A stretch of 64,000 nt of DNA from Ostreococcus lucimarinus (taxonomy: Eukaryota), in the NCBI GenBank assembly GCA_000092065.1, contig CP000589.1, one strand, 5' to 3'. How positions within the stretch are numbered: the stretch's first letter is position 1; each line of letters begins with the position of its first letter. Under the pieces are notes generated by a model. That model made no database searches. It was not told the origin of the DNA and saw only the letters and a program-made list of their open reading frames with translations. The translations under genes were made by a program, and so were the position numbers. Positions 19,041 through 27,462 of this stretch are shown here, piece by piece.

Positions 19041-20039
19041 ATGCCCGACGCCGAATTGGACGATCGCGACTGCCTCACGCGCTTCGCCGCGCACCACCGC
19101 GACGTGTTCAACAAGGAGATTTTGTCCAAGATGAAGACGCCGCGTCGCGCGTGCCCGTGCGGGCGCGCGAACGAAGTGCCCAGTTGCAGAATTCACTACG
19201 CCGTTTTGCGGTGCGTGAACCGCACGTTCAGGAAGTTGCTGCCGCCGTACGAGGAGGTGATGGCGAAGAAGAACGAACTGCTCGTGTGGGATCGCGTCAC
19301 GGGTAGACCAGGGGTTTCGAAAAGCGAATTACAACGTTACGTCTGCATGCACGCCGCGCCGAAATTGATGGAAAAGACGATTCGCGCGCGCGACGAGGCG
19401 GGCGACAGGCTGTGGTGGGCGGTGAAAGAAACACTCGATGATATGGCCGCAGGTCGAGATAACCCTAAGTATGAGTGCGAGGTGTGCGGGAAGTTCGTAT
19501 GCGTCTTCTGTGGCGCGGCTTGTGCGTGTCCAGAATGCAACGACGTGCGAACGTGCCGAGAATGTGCCGAGACGTATGAAAACTTTACGTTCTGCAAGTC
19601 TTGCAAAATCGCGTACTGCAACGATGGCGATGAGTACGACGATGAAAGTAATTGTGACAAAGACATAGTATACTGCTCAGAATGCGATAGATTCCGTTGC
19701 TCGGACGATTGTCAGAACGACCTGATGTTCTGCGAAATATGTTCCGACGCGGACCCATTTTGCTTGGACTGCACATGGCGCCATCATGTCAATTGTGACG
19801 GGTGCGGTGGACATCTCATGTGTGAAGGACACAACGAGGTCGATGAATATCTAACATACGTGGGCGACGACGACGATCAACCAGAAGGGTACTGGTATCT
19901 GTGCGATAGTTGTCTGAATCCACGCCCGTGGAAGCCGCCGATCGAGAAACCTCCACGAAAGGCGCCGATCAAGAAACCGAGAAGCCCAAGCGTTTCGCCT
20001 CGCATGTCGTTCTCAAGCTGCACGGACGACATCGACTGA
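19041..20039 (+). CDS. cysteine-rich protein with ~20 CxxC pairs (putative multi-zinc-binding domain); unclassified
   Basis: ORF starts at the ATG right after the FTCD stop. Central region CEVCGKFVCVFCGAACACPECNDVRTCRECAETYENFTFCKSCKIAYCNDG...CSECDRFRCSDDCQNDLMFCEICSDADPFCLDCTWRHHVNCDGCGGHLMCEGH. Confidence 0.6.
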   Translation: MPDAELDDRDCLTRFAAHHRDVFNKEILSKMKTPRRACPCGRANEVPSCRIHYAVLRCVNRTFRKLLPPYEEVMAKKNELLVWDRVTGRPGVSKSELQRYVCMHAAPKLMEKTIRARDEAGDRLWWAVKETLDDMAAGRDNPKYECEVCGKFVCVFCGAACACPECNDVRTCRECAETYENFTFCKSCKIAYCNDGDEYDDESNCDKDIVYCSECDRFRCSDDCQNDLMFCEICSDADPFCLDCTWRHHVNCDGCGGHLMCEGHNEVDEYLTYVGDDDDQPEGYWYLCDSCLNPRPWKPPIEKPPRKAPIKKPRSPSVSPRMSFSSCTDDID

Positions 20040-20089
20040 AGGTGAATATGGAACTATCATCACGATTCAACGACGTAGCATTACAATTT

Positions 20090-20824
20090 TCATTGAAAGC
20101 ATTCGACTAACTCGCAACCGAGGATTTGCCACCCGAGCGACTCTCGAATCCTACGCAACCGCTTACTCTGCTCGCCCAAATCGCTCACGGGCGTCATGAA
20201 AGGATAGACATACTTCACATCCATCGCGAACGAGCGATACAACACCAACGGCCCATTGCCTTCGTCGCCACTCCAGTTTCTATCGCTCACCGGCTCGTTC
20301 TTCACCCAAAATTCGACGACGTCGTCGCCGAGTTTGCCCGGCACGGAAAATCCAACGAACGAGCCCTCCGCCCGATCCTCTCGCATAATTAATTTAGAGT
20401 TCTCCACCGATTCCAACGTCGCGTCCACGAGCGCGTTCGCGGCGTCCTTCGCGTCGCGAAACGTATTCGGCGCCGTCCAAGGCGACGCGTACTTGTCGCT
20501 CTCGCGCGACGACGTGCTCACGCAGTTGTGTTCGCGCGGACAGCCACGCACGCGCCCCGGAGGCTGTAAACCGAGCTCAAGCTCGCCCTCGGGCTCCATG
20601 ATCGTGCGCGCGTTCGTTTGCGCGCGCGCTGTGGGCGCGAACGCCGTCGCGACGAGCGCAGCGCTGGAAAACAAGATGGATCTTCTGTCGCGACGTGCGA
20701 GCGTCGATGGCGTCGACGCCGACGATGTGACCGGCGATGTGACGGACGACGAAGCGCGCGTCGAGTTTTGTATCGCGCGTAGTGCGCGGTCGCATCCGGG
20801 GACGGTCGCGAGTTGGGCGCGCAT
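20090..20824 (-). CDS. DUF1499-like protein with transit peptide and twin-arginine (RRDRRSILFSSAALVATAFA) lumenal-type signal
   Basis: N-terminal S/T-rich presequence followed by an RRxxxL + hydrophobic + AxA TAT-like signal. The C-terminus has a DUF1499-like pattern (FRDAKDAANAL...DDVVEFWV...VLYRS...SDLGEQSKRLRRIRESLGW). Confidence 0.5.
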   Translation of the reverse strand: MRAQLATVPGCDRALRAIQNSTRASSSVTSPVTSSASTPSTLARRDRRSILFSSAALVATAFAPTARAQTNARTIMEPEGELELGLQPPGRVRGCPREHNCVSTSSRESDKYASPWTAPNTFRDAKDAANALVDATLESVENSKLIMREDRAEGSFVGFSVPGKLGDDVVEFWVKNEPVSDRNWSGDEGNGPLVLYRSFAMDVKYVYPFMTPVSDLGEQSKRLRRIRESLGWQILGCELVECFQ

Positions 20825-20893
20825 GGCGAGTGTCGCTGTGAGGGGTGGCGGCGAATTTGTTTCTTACACTGTACAGTACACTGTTTCATCGCT

Positions 20894-23800
20894 TCATTCG
20901 TTGTCGCGGGGATCCACGAGCTCGTACGATGCGTCCGCCTCTTCGTTGAGCATGCGATCGATTTCATCGAGACGCTCGGCGAGCGTTTCGTCTCCATCTT
21001 CGTCGCCCATCGGCGCCGACGGTTTTCCATCGAAATCGCATCCAGTATACGAGTCATTCAACCGGCAGTAATCGATGAGACTCCTCCAGTGCACGTCGTG
21101 GCTCAAGATGTGAGGATTACCCACGATGATCAAGAGTGACATTGCGCGCGTCACGGCAACGTTGAATCGCTTTGGATTCGCCATGAAACCGAGGCGATGG
21201 CGAGCGTCAAACTTCAAATGGGCAGTGTCGCTGCGAACGGTTGATAAGATGACTACGCTAAACTCTTGTCCTTGCAAGAGTTCAGTCGAACCCACGGTGA
21301 CTCCAGAAATCTTTTTCGCTTCGAGGTGTTTCATCATCTTCAGTTTTTGCTTGTGATACGGTGTACAGATGGCGATGTCTTTGGCTGTCAAACCCGTGTT
21401 CTTTCGGTCCAAAATTTTCGTGATCCACGAGCTCACTCGAAGTATCTCGTCGGGATTAAACCAAGATGGCGAATTCGCCTCTCGGAGTTCTTCGCCCATG
21501 ACACCGTCGAAAACGACTGGAAACGATGGATTCGGAAGCTCTTCCCATCCCTTGAAAATGTTCGTCCGCATGGGATCGGCGCAACATTCCAGCCTGTCAA
21601 AGTAGAATAACTTCGACGGAATTTCGATGATGCACGCGTGCGAGCGATAATTTTTCGTGAGCATGCACACTTTACTTGGCTCAAACGTACCGTCCGCGCG
21701 AACGCTATACGGAGTCTCAGTGTACGGCGCCGGAGGTAAGCACAGACGCTCGAGCATACTGACTTCCAAAGCTCTCGATTCCTTGGCTTGCACCAGCGGT
21801 CCCAGCTGTCGGGCGTCGCCGGCCAGAACCAGACGCCCTTTTTTTGGCTCTAATACGCTGACGATGGCGGTGAGAAGTTCGGGCTCCGATGCATGACCTG
21901 CTTCATCGATGATGACATTTTCAAAGCGACGCTCCGGCGATAAAATGAACACTTTCCTCGCTTTCCCTTTTCCGTACTCACCAGAGTCTCGAAACGTCCG
22001 CGTGAGTCTCTGCGCCGTAATCGGTGTCATGGCAACCACTCGAGCTCGCATGAATCTCTCAACAGTCGGCGGACAAAAAACGTTTGCAGTACTATCGTAG
22101 TTTGAGACGTCTAAGAGCTTCGATGGCACCTGATCGGGCATTCGAGAGAAATTGTAGACGCGATACGCTTCGCTCTTTGGAACGCCACCGTGCTCGATGA
22201 CGCGTGAGATGAACAAGTCACACGCCGCGTTACTTGGAGCCATCAACAAGACTCTTCCGCCAGTTTTATACATCTGCGCCGCTATCTCCACGACAGTAGT
22301 CGTCTTACCAGTACCAGGAGGTCCAAAAATGATGAATGGAGATTGTGAACGCGGCGCCATCGCGTTCGCAACTGCGAGCTTTTGTTCCTCGTTTAAGCGC
22401 CGATTCAACATTTTCAGATCTGATCTGCCAGTCGCGTCTACGTCGAGATCGTCGCCAAACTTTGGAAGCAAAAATGACTCATACGACGAAGATTTCAGAG
22501 AGTCTTTAATCGCGCCATGCATGAGTTCTATCGCGGTGCGCGACACTTCAAACGACACGTCAGCCTTGACCCCATTGATGTATGCTTTCGTGAAACCAGG
22601 ATGGAATCGGCACACGATGTGCTCAGCTTCCACGAATTCAACTTTCCCTCGAAATGAGCTTTTAGCCGTGGACAAATCGACGATGATCGAGTCGCCACGA
22701 AGCACCGATGGACGAGCTTCAGCGAGGCCTGGGACGAAAAGTCTATACATGGCTTTGGAATTGGTCTGCGAGAGCGCGACGTTGTGCATATCGTACAATC
22801 TCACGTTTTTGGTCGCCTGCACTTCTTCCATCATGAGCAGCTGACGAAAGAACTGAGCGTAATTCGTCTTCGAGAGATACTTTTGTCCGGTTTCTAGCAT
22901 TTCAGTAACAGAAGATGCCTGTGGTTCCTCGCCGTCGAGCGCTTTCCGAATGTCAGCCATGGGAACGGAAAGCGGAGCCGGCCAGAAGAACTTTGTCTTC
23001 GCGTTTAAAACCTCTTTCGAAGGGCCTGGATCGACGACTTTCTTCGACCCCTTCACCAAACTCGAATTTTTCTGCTGTTTCGGATACGCGAACGCGCTCG
23101 TCGGCCCGAGCGCGATTCGTTCCGCGCTCTCCTGCGCGCTTTCCCTCGCTCGAAGACGCAGCACGAGCACCGAGAGCGTAATCTCGCCCGACTCGACGTC
23201 GTCTTGATACGTTCGATACGAGAAGACGAGTGAAACGTCGTGCACCCCCGCCTTCAAATCCTTCGCCCAATCATCTCTCAAACACACGGCGTTCTCCACC
23301 TCCAGCATTCCTCCCTCCTTCACCTCTCCCTCGAACGTTTTCAGCGTCGGCTCCTCCAACACGCGATCGCCCAAATCGTCTCGGGCGAGCCCGAACGCGC
23401 CGAACAAAACCGTCACCTTCTCCCCCGCATCGATCGGCAATTTCAGCACCACCGACGCGCTTTTCAAATCCGACGCCGACGAGATCTTTCGCGGCACCAG
23501 CGTCTCCTTCGGCGTCGCCTCCGCGCCCGCCTCCGCGCTTCGTCGAAACGTCGCCGCTCGATGTTTCGCGCCGCGCTCGTGCTCCTCTCGTCCGCACGCC
23601 GGCACGTCCACGTCGCACACGTCGCATCGATACGCCCCTAACAGCGCGTCTCGCGCGTCTCTCGCGTTCGAGCGGTGCGCCCTCGTGCGCTCGTGCTCGA
23701 ACCGCGCGCGCGCGGGCATCGACGCATCGCACGCGACGCATCGCCAGGTCAACGAGTCGCGCGTCCGCAGCTTGGCGCGATGCCGCGCGCCGCGCTCGTG

Positions 23801-23938
23801 CGTCGGCATCAAGCGCGCGGGAACGTCGCAATCGCACACTTCGCATCGCGTCGGCGCGCGCGCGCCGTCGACGGGCATGACGCGCGCGCGCGGCGCGATG
23901 TGACGAGTCTCGGAGATCGACGCGACGAGGGGTGCCAT
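20894..23938 (-). CDS. SF1 (UPF1-like) RNA helicase of the MOV10/SDE3/Armitage type, preceded by three C2H2 U1/matrin-type zinc fingers
   Basis: Motifs I GPPGTGKT, II DEAGHASEPE, III VLAGDARQLGP, IV KNYRSHACII, V STVRS...GFMANPKRFNVAVTRA. The N-terminal CEVCDCDVPARLMPTHERGARHRAKL, WRCVACDASMPARARFEHERTRAHR and YRCDVCDVDVPACGREEHERGAKHRA are C-x2-C-x12-H-x5-H fingers. Start moved from 24067 to 23938 (MAPLVAS...). Confidence 0.85.
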   Translation of the reverse strand: MAPLVASISETRHIAPRARVMPVDGARAPTRCEVCDCDVPARLMPTHERGARHRAKLRTRDSLTWRCVACDASMPARARFEHERTRAHRSNARDARDALLGAYRCDVCDVDVPACGREEHERGAKHRAATFRRSAEAGAEATPKETLVPRKISSASDLKSASVVLKLPIDAGEKVTVLFGAFGLARDDLGDRVLEEPTLKTFEGEVKEGGMLEVENAVCLRDDWAKDLKAGVHDVSLVFSYRTYQDDVESGEITLSVLVLRLRARESAQESAERIALGPTSAFAYPKQQKNSSLVKGSKKVVDPGPSKEVLNAKTKFFWPAPLSVPMADIRKALDGEEPQASSVTEMLETGQKYLSKTNYAQFFRQLLMMEEVQATKNVRLYDMHNVALSQTNSKAMYRLFVPGLAEARPSVLRGDSIIVDLSTAKSSFRGKVEFVEAEHIVCRFHPGFTKAYINGVKADVSFEVSRTAIELMHGAIKDSLKSSSYESFLLPKFGDDLDVDATGRSDLKMLNRRLNEEQKLAVANAMAPRSQSPFIIFGPPGTGKTTTVVEIAAQMYKTGGRVLLMAPSNAACDLFISRVIEHGGVPKSEAYRVYNFSRMPDQVPSKLLDVSNYDSTANVFCPPTVERFMRARVVAMTPITAQRLTRTFRDSGEYGKGKARKVFILSPERRFENVIIDEAGHASEPELLTAIVSVLEPKKGRLVLAGDARQLGPLVQAKESRALEVSMLERLCLPPAPYTETPYSVRADGTFEPSKVCMLTKNYRSHACIIEIPSKLFYFDRLECCADPMRTNIFKGWEELPNPSFPVVFDGVMGEELREANSPSWFNPDEILRVSSWITKILDRKNTGLTAKDIAICTPYHKQKLKMMKHLEAKKISGVTVGSTELLQGQEFSVVILSTVRSDTAHLKFDARHRLGFMANPKRFNVAVTRAMSLLIIVGNPHILSHDVHWRSLIDYCRLNDSYTGCDFDGKPSAPMGDEDGDETLAERLDEIDRMLNEEADASYELVDPRDNE

Positions 23939-24030
23939 GTTTTTTTGACGCGACGGGACTGGACGCGTCGACGCGACGAGGGGTGCCGTGGTTTTTCGAC
24001 GACGCGACGGGACTGGACGCGCGCGTCGAG
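23921..24030. repeat. tandem duplication (~52-bp unit x2) in the helicase 5' region
   Basis: GACGCGACGAGGGGTGCC(A/G)TG(T/G)TTTTT(T/C)GACG...CGACGGGACTGGACGCG occurs twice in tandem. Confidence 0.7.
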
Positions 24031-24040
24031 ACGAGCGCGG

Positions 24041-24177
24041 GAGAGAAGAGAAAATTGCGTCGATCACACGAAGGAAGCGCGCGCGCGCCGGGTGCTCGAG
24101 ACGCGAGCGAAGCGACGCGCGCTCAACCGAGGGCGGTTAAACCGCTGGTGCCGAGCGTCTCGAGCTTTTCGAACGCT
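24041..24177. repeat. direct-repeat copy 1: duplicate of the last 6 codons + stop + 3' flank of the ascorbate peroxidase gene (partner at 27355..27462)
   Basis: GAGAAGAG..TGCGTCGATCACACGAAGGAAGCGCGCGCGC...GACGCGCGCTCAACCGAGGGCGGTTAAACCGCTGGTGCCGAGCGTCTCGAGCTTTTCGAACGC is shared by both loci. Copy 1 carries a 27-bp internal insertion. Confidence 0.8.
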
Positions 24178-24249
24178 TTTCGAACGATGGTAGATTTCCC
24201 GGTACGAGCCAGACCCTTGACGTAAAACACGACGTCCCAACCGTCATGA

Positions 24250-26904
24250 TTAAGAAAACGCGAGTAGATTTTCAACGGTCACACGGCGCGTCTTGACAAT
24301 CGCCAACAACTCAACTGAAGCGATGGACACCAAAAGGAAGAAAAACGCGGCGTTACCACCCGCTTGAGACAAAACTTGAAGCGGAGGTAGCTTGTACTTC
24401 CGTGTACACGAGTATGGGAAATTTTCTTTAGTCCAGGCACACATTCGATCGCGACCGATTTCATCAAAAATTGTGCGGAACGTGTTCAAGACGAGCGCGT
24501 CATTTCGATCCATCACTGCCGTATAGCTCACCGCGATGCCGCCCGCTTTATATTCATCTGTTGTGAGTATCAAGGAGCCATGTACTGTTCCGCTGATGTG
24601 GTTGGTAAAATTGGTTTGCTGATTTTGAAAAAAGGTGTCGAAAGTAGCGTTCACCGTGCCCATCATATTTGCGTAGTACTTGTATGAAGGACCAAATCTG
24701 CCCCACGGACGGAGGTAAGCCGATGGCTGCCGCCCATAATCCGCGTCACTATAGCTCAATATCCCTTGGCCAGGTCCAAATGAAGGCGTGGACTGCTCAA
24801 GCTCGCTTAAACCCGAGTTCGTCAGCGATGGTTCTTCGATTTTGGCTAAACATTCATCGTATGTCCAATTCTTGCCATACCAGATAGCGTCCTTCAATGG
24901 ACGACACGTGAAACCTTCCTTTTCGAGGACATTTTCTACCACCGTTTCCGTAAACTCCTGAGTCGCGTAAAACTGCAGGAGCAACGCAAATACAATCAAA
25001 GAGGCTGCCCCGAGAACAAAGCACACTAAAAGTGTGCGTATAGGTGACATGACGAGGTCCAGATCGGTCACTCGGAACCACTTGTCCTCCATCGGTAAAC
25101 GTGCCTTCCAGCCCAGAGGATTGCTCGCGGGGAGGCGCTTGATTATGATGGCCACTATCCACATGAGGCTTGCGGCGATGAACTGAGCGTTACCATATGA
25201 GAGAGAGAGGCGCGTGAGTGTATCGGGCGGGCCTGACTTTTTGCACTCGTACGGCGAGTTTTCCTTCGTGAAAAGGCACACCTCGTCGCCTGCGACATCC
25301 ATCATGGCTTTCCACACCTCGACTGCATCCGCCTTGAGTGCGTCTGTCCATGAGTTGGAAGGTGCATTGATTAGAATACGAGTCGACTGGGGTTTTCCTC
25401 CAACGAGAAACGAAGCCGGATCTTCCCAGTGATCGAGATCGGTCGTCGCGCTGTATTGAGTCAGCGTAGCGTTTGGGCGTTCTTTGCCCCAAAACGCTTG
25501 CGATGAAACGCCTTCTTTGGATGCATTAAACGGAACATATTTCGCTTTGATTGGGACCGGATTCGGCATGTTCAATGGATCGCCCTGCCAGGATTCGAAA
25601 TTAATATTATCCACCGTGATGTCCTGTAAAGCAGCCTTGCAGTCGTCGAACGTATATCGCACACCGTAACCGAGGTTGTCTGTCGTCAACGGCGTGCAGT
25701 TGTATCCAGGCATTGCCCAAGAACCTGTGATTTGAATATCGGTGATGTACTGCGAAGTCGACGAAAAGTACTGGTAAAACCATGCAAACGTTCCTACACC
25801 GACGGCACAGATGGTAAGCGAAAAGAAACCAACGACCAGCGTGTTCGACACGAATTCGAGCGGCTCCTCGTCGTAAAATTCGGGAGGAAAAGATAACTTT
25901 TCAATCCAGGTTTTCTCATTGGTAGCCTTTGGAGCTTTGCGGAAAAAGCCTATGAAGGTGGGTAAAGTAGCAAGGAACACGGTGATCACGAGCCCAGCAT
26001 TATTATTCGACAGACCAATCATTTCTAAAGCAGTCATTCTTTTCGACTTCAAACACTTGTACGGCAAGTTGTGCTTGGTGAATTCGCACACGTCGCCTCC
26101 ATTGACGTATTCAATCGTCTTGCTGAACAACTGCAAGAAATGAGCCGCGCTGGTGTTAAAAGTCTCGCAATCGCCGACGATTCCATTGGTGCTGCCACCT
26201 CCGGAACGCCTGATTTGGCCCGCGTTGCACGTCGCGCCAGACGGGTTTGGGTACTGCCTGCAGTCGCCGTTGTTTACAACTTGATTGATGTATGTTTCAA
26301 TTTCTGGCGTACGTGATTCCGGAAGCTTTGGCCAAATACCTCGATGGGCTTGAACACTACCGAACGGATTGTAATACACCGAATTCTTCACCGAGCAGTT
26401 ATAGGGTATAGTGCCCCCGTTACTATAGTCAGTACGTGTCAGGTAACCTCCAGCGGCGATAGCCTCTGCATTGGCGATATCAAAGCCAATTGCACTCTCT
26501 GTCAATGGCACTATCTTCGTTAAACACTCTTCGTACGTATAGTTTAACCCGTAAAATTCATCCGGGCTCAACGGCGCGCAGTCGTAGCCAGCGATCGCCG
26601 TGGAGTCGCTGATGATCGTATCCGTCACCCAGCGCGCTTCGTCCGCGTAGTAAAACAACGACCCGATGAATGCCAAGGTAGCGAGCGTGTGCATCGTCAC
26701 CGCCCCGCCGTAGGCCATCCACACTGGTCCTTTGAATTCGAGATACCGCTCGCGCGCCCAATAAATTTCAGGTACTGGAAGTCTTCGTATGAATCGCTCG
26801 ACGGAGCCCCTCGCCTTGCGCGCGCGCTGCTTGATCGACGAGGGCGCCGGGGCCGATGCCGACGCGTGCGTCATGATGAACGACGGGCTTCCGCGCGCGG
26901 GCAA
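24250..26904 (-). CDS. novel six-TM membrane glycoprotein built from three tandem [juxtamembrane motif - TM - ~190-aa Cys-containing ectodomain - TM] modules; no recognisable family
   Basis: Uninterrupted 884-codon ORF. Three internal repeats each carry Y(D/N)C(A/T)PL...Y(T)(Y/F)(E/D)(E/D)C(L/K)..I near TM-a and C-x-(F/W)TKEN-x-PY-x-C before TM-b. Six hydrophobic helices. At least 10 NxS/T sequons lie in the predicted ectodomains. The 5' end is GC-rich and the body is ~50% GC. Confidence 0.7.
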   Translation of the reverse strand: MPARGSPSFIMTHASASAPAPSSIKQRARKARGSVERFIRRLPVPEIYWARERYLEFKGPVWMAYGGAVTMHTLATLAFIGSLFYYADEARWVTDTIISDSTAIAGYDCAPLSPDEFYGLNYTYEECLTKIVPLTESAIGFDIANAEAIAAGGYLTRTDYSNGGTIPYNCSVKNSVYYNPFGSVQAHRGIWPKLPESRTPEIETYINQVVNNGDCRQYPNPSGATCNAGQIRRSGGGSTNGIVGDCETFNTSAAHFLQLFSKTIEYVNGGDVCEFTKHNLPYKCLKSKRMTALEMIGLSNNNAGLVITVFLATLPTFIGFFRKAPKATNEKTWIEKLSFPPEFYDEEPLEFVSNTLVVGFFSLTICAVGVGTFAWFYQYFSSTSQYITDIQITGSWAMPGYNCTPLTTDNLGYGVRYTFDDCKAALQDITVDNINFESWQGDPLNMPNPVPIKAKYVPFNASKEGVSSQAFWGKERPNATLTQYSATTDLDHWEDPASFLVGGKPQSTRILINAPSNSWTDALKADAVEVWKAMMDVAGDEVCLFTKENSPYECKKSGPPDTLTRLSLSYGNAQFIAASLMWIVAIIIKRLPASNPLGWKARLPMEDKWFRVTDLDLVMSPIRTLLVCFVLGAASLIVFALLLQFYATQEFTETVVENVLEKEGFTCRPLKDAIWYGKNWTYDECLAKIEEPSLTNSGLSELEQSTPSFGPGQGILSYSDADYGRQPSAYLRPWGRFGPSYKYYANMMGTVNATFDTFFQNQQTNFTNHISGTVHGSLILTTDEYKAGGIAVSYTAVMDRNDALVLNTFRTIFDEIGRDRMCAWTKENFPYSCTRKYKLPPLQVLSQAGGNAAFFFLLVSIASVELLAIVKTRRVTVENLLAFS

Positions 26905-26949
26905 TTTTGCGATGACCGTGCTCTCCGATCTGACGTGTCGACGTAATTA

Positions 26950-27175
26950 CCCTAACGACTCCTCACTCGGTCCCCCCTAATTGAATGCGAATGGAGAGGA
27001 AGTGACTAACATATAATGTGGTTTTTAGAGGTATCATATCAGTATCGAGCCCTGGCTCAAGGGCACGCTGGACTGAGTTACCGTGCGCAATGATACATTA
27101 ATTGCATTACTAGGGATTTCGAAAATAATGTATGAGGGTAAAATAGTGAATTTAATTAACCTAGAGACGTCTTGT
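26950..27175. promoter_or_regulatory. AT-rich (~35% GC) island immediately upstream of the 884-aa membrane-protein gene; putative promoter
   Basis: Sharp compositional drop (…TAACATATAATGTGGTTTTTAGAGGTATCATATCAG…GAAAATAATGTATGAGGGTAAAATAGTGAATTTAATTAAC) in an otherwise ~70% GC intergenic context. Confidence 0.4.
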
Positions 27176-27354
27176 CGCGCCGGCGCGCGCCACTTCGCGC
27201 CGCGCGCGCGTCCGGGCGGCGCGGAGTCAACCGATGTTTCCGTGTATCGTGATATCCGACCGTTTAAGTTTGAATTCCACGCGTGGGTGTTGACGGAAGA
27301 CGACCGTTGGAGCTCGATGGGCACGTTAACTTTTGGGCCAGATTCTGTCGCGAC

Positions 27355-27462
27355 GGGAGAAGAGAAGAGTGCGTCGATCACACGAAGGAAGCGCGCGCGC
27401 GACGCGCGCTCAACCGAGGGCGGTTAAACCGCTGGTGCCGAGCGTCTCGAGCTTTTCGAACG
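27355..27462. repeat. direct-repeat copy 2 (native 3' end of the ascorbate peroxidase gene); partner of 24041..24177
   Basis: Same sequence as copy 1. Here it encodes ...AFEKLETLGTSGLTALG* of APX and its downstream flank. Confidence 0.8.

Noticed and set aside
24250-27350. Horizontal-transfer or viral origin of the 884-aa gene inferred from its ~50% GC body
   Set aside because: Many long host genes in the window (helicase, VPS18, TPR giant, 14805..17894) show the same 5'-high/3'-low GC pattern, and this gene's own 5' end is GC-rich. Composition alone does not support foreign origin. The flanking direct repeats are retained as a separate structural observation.
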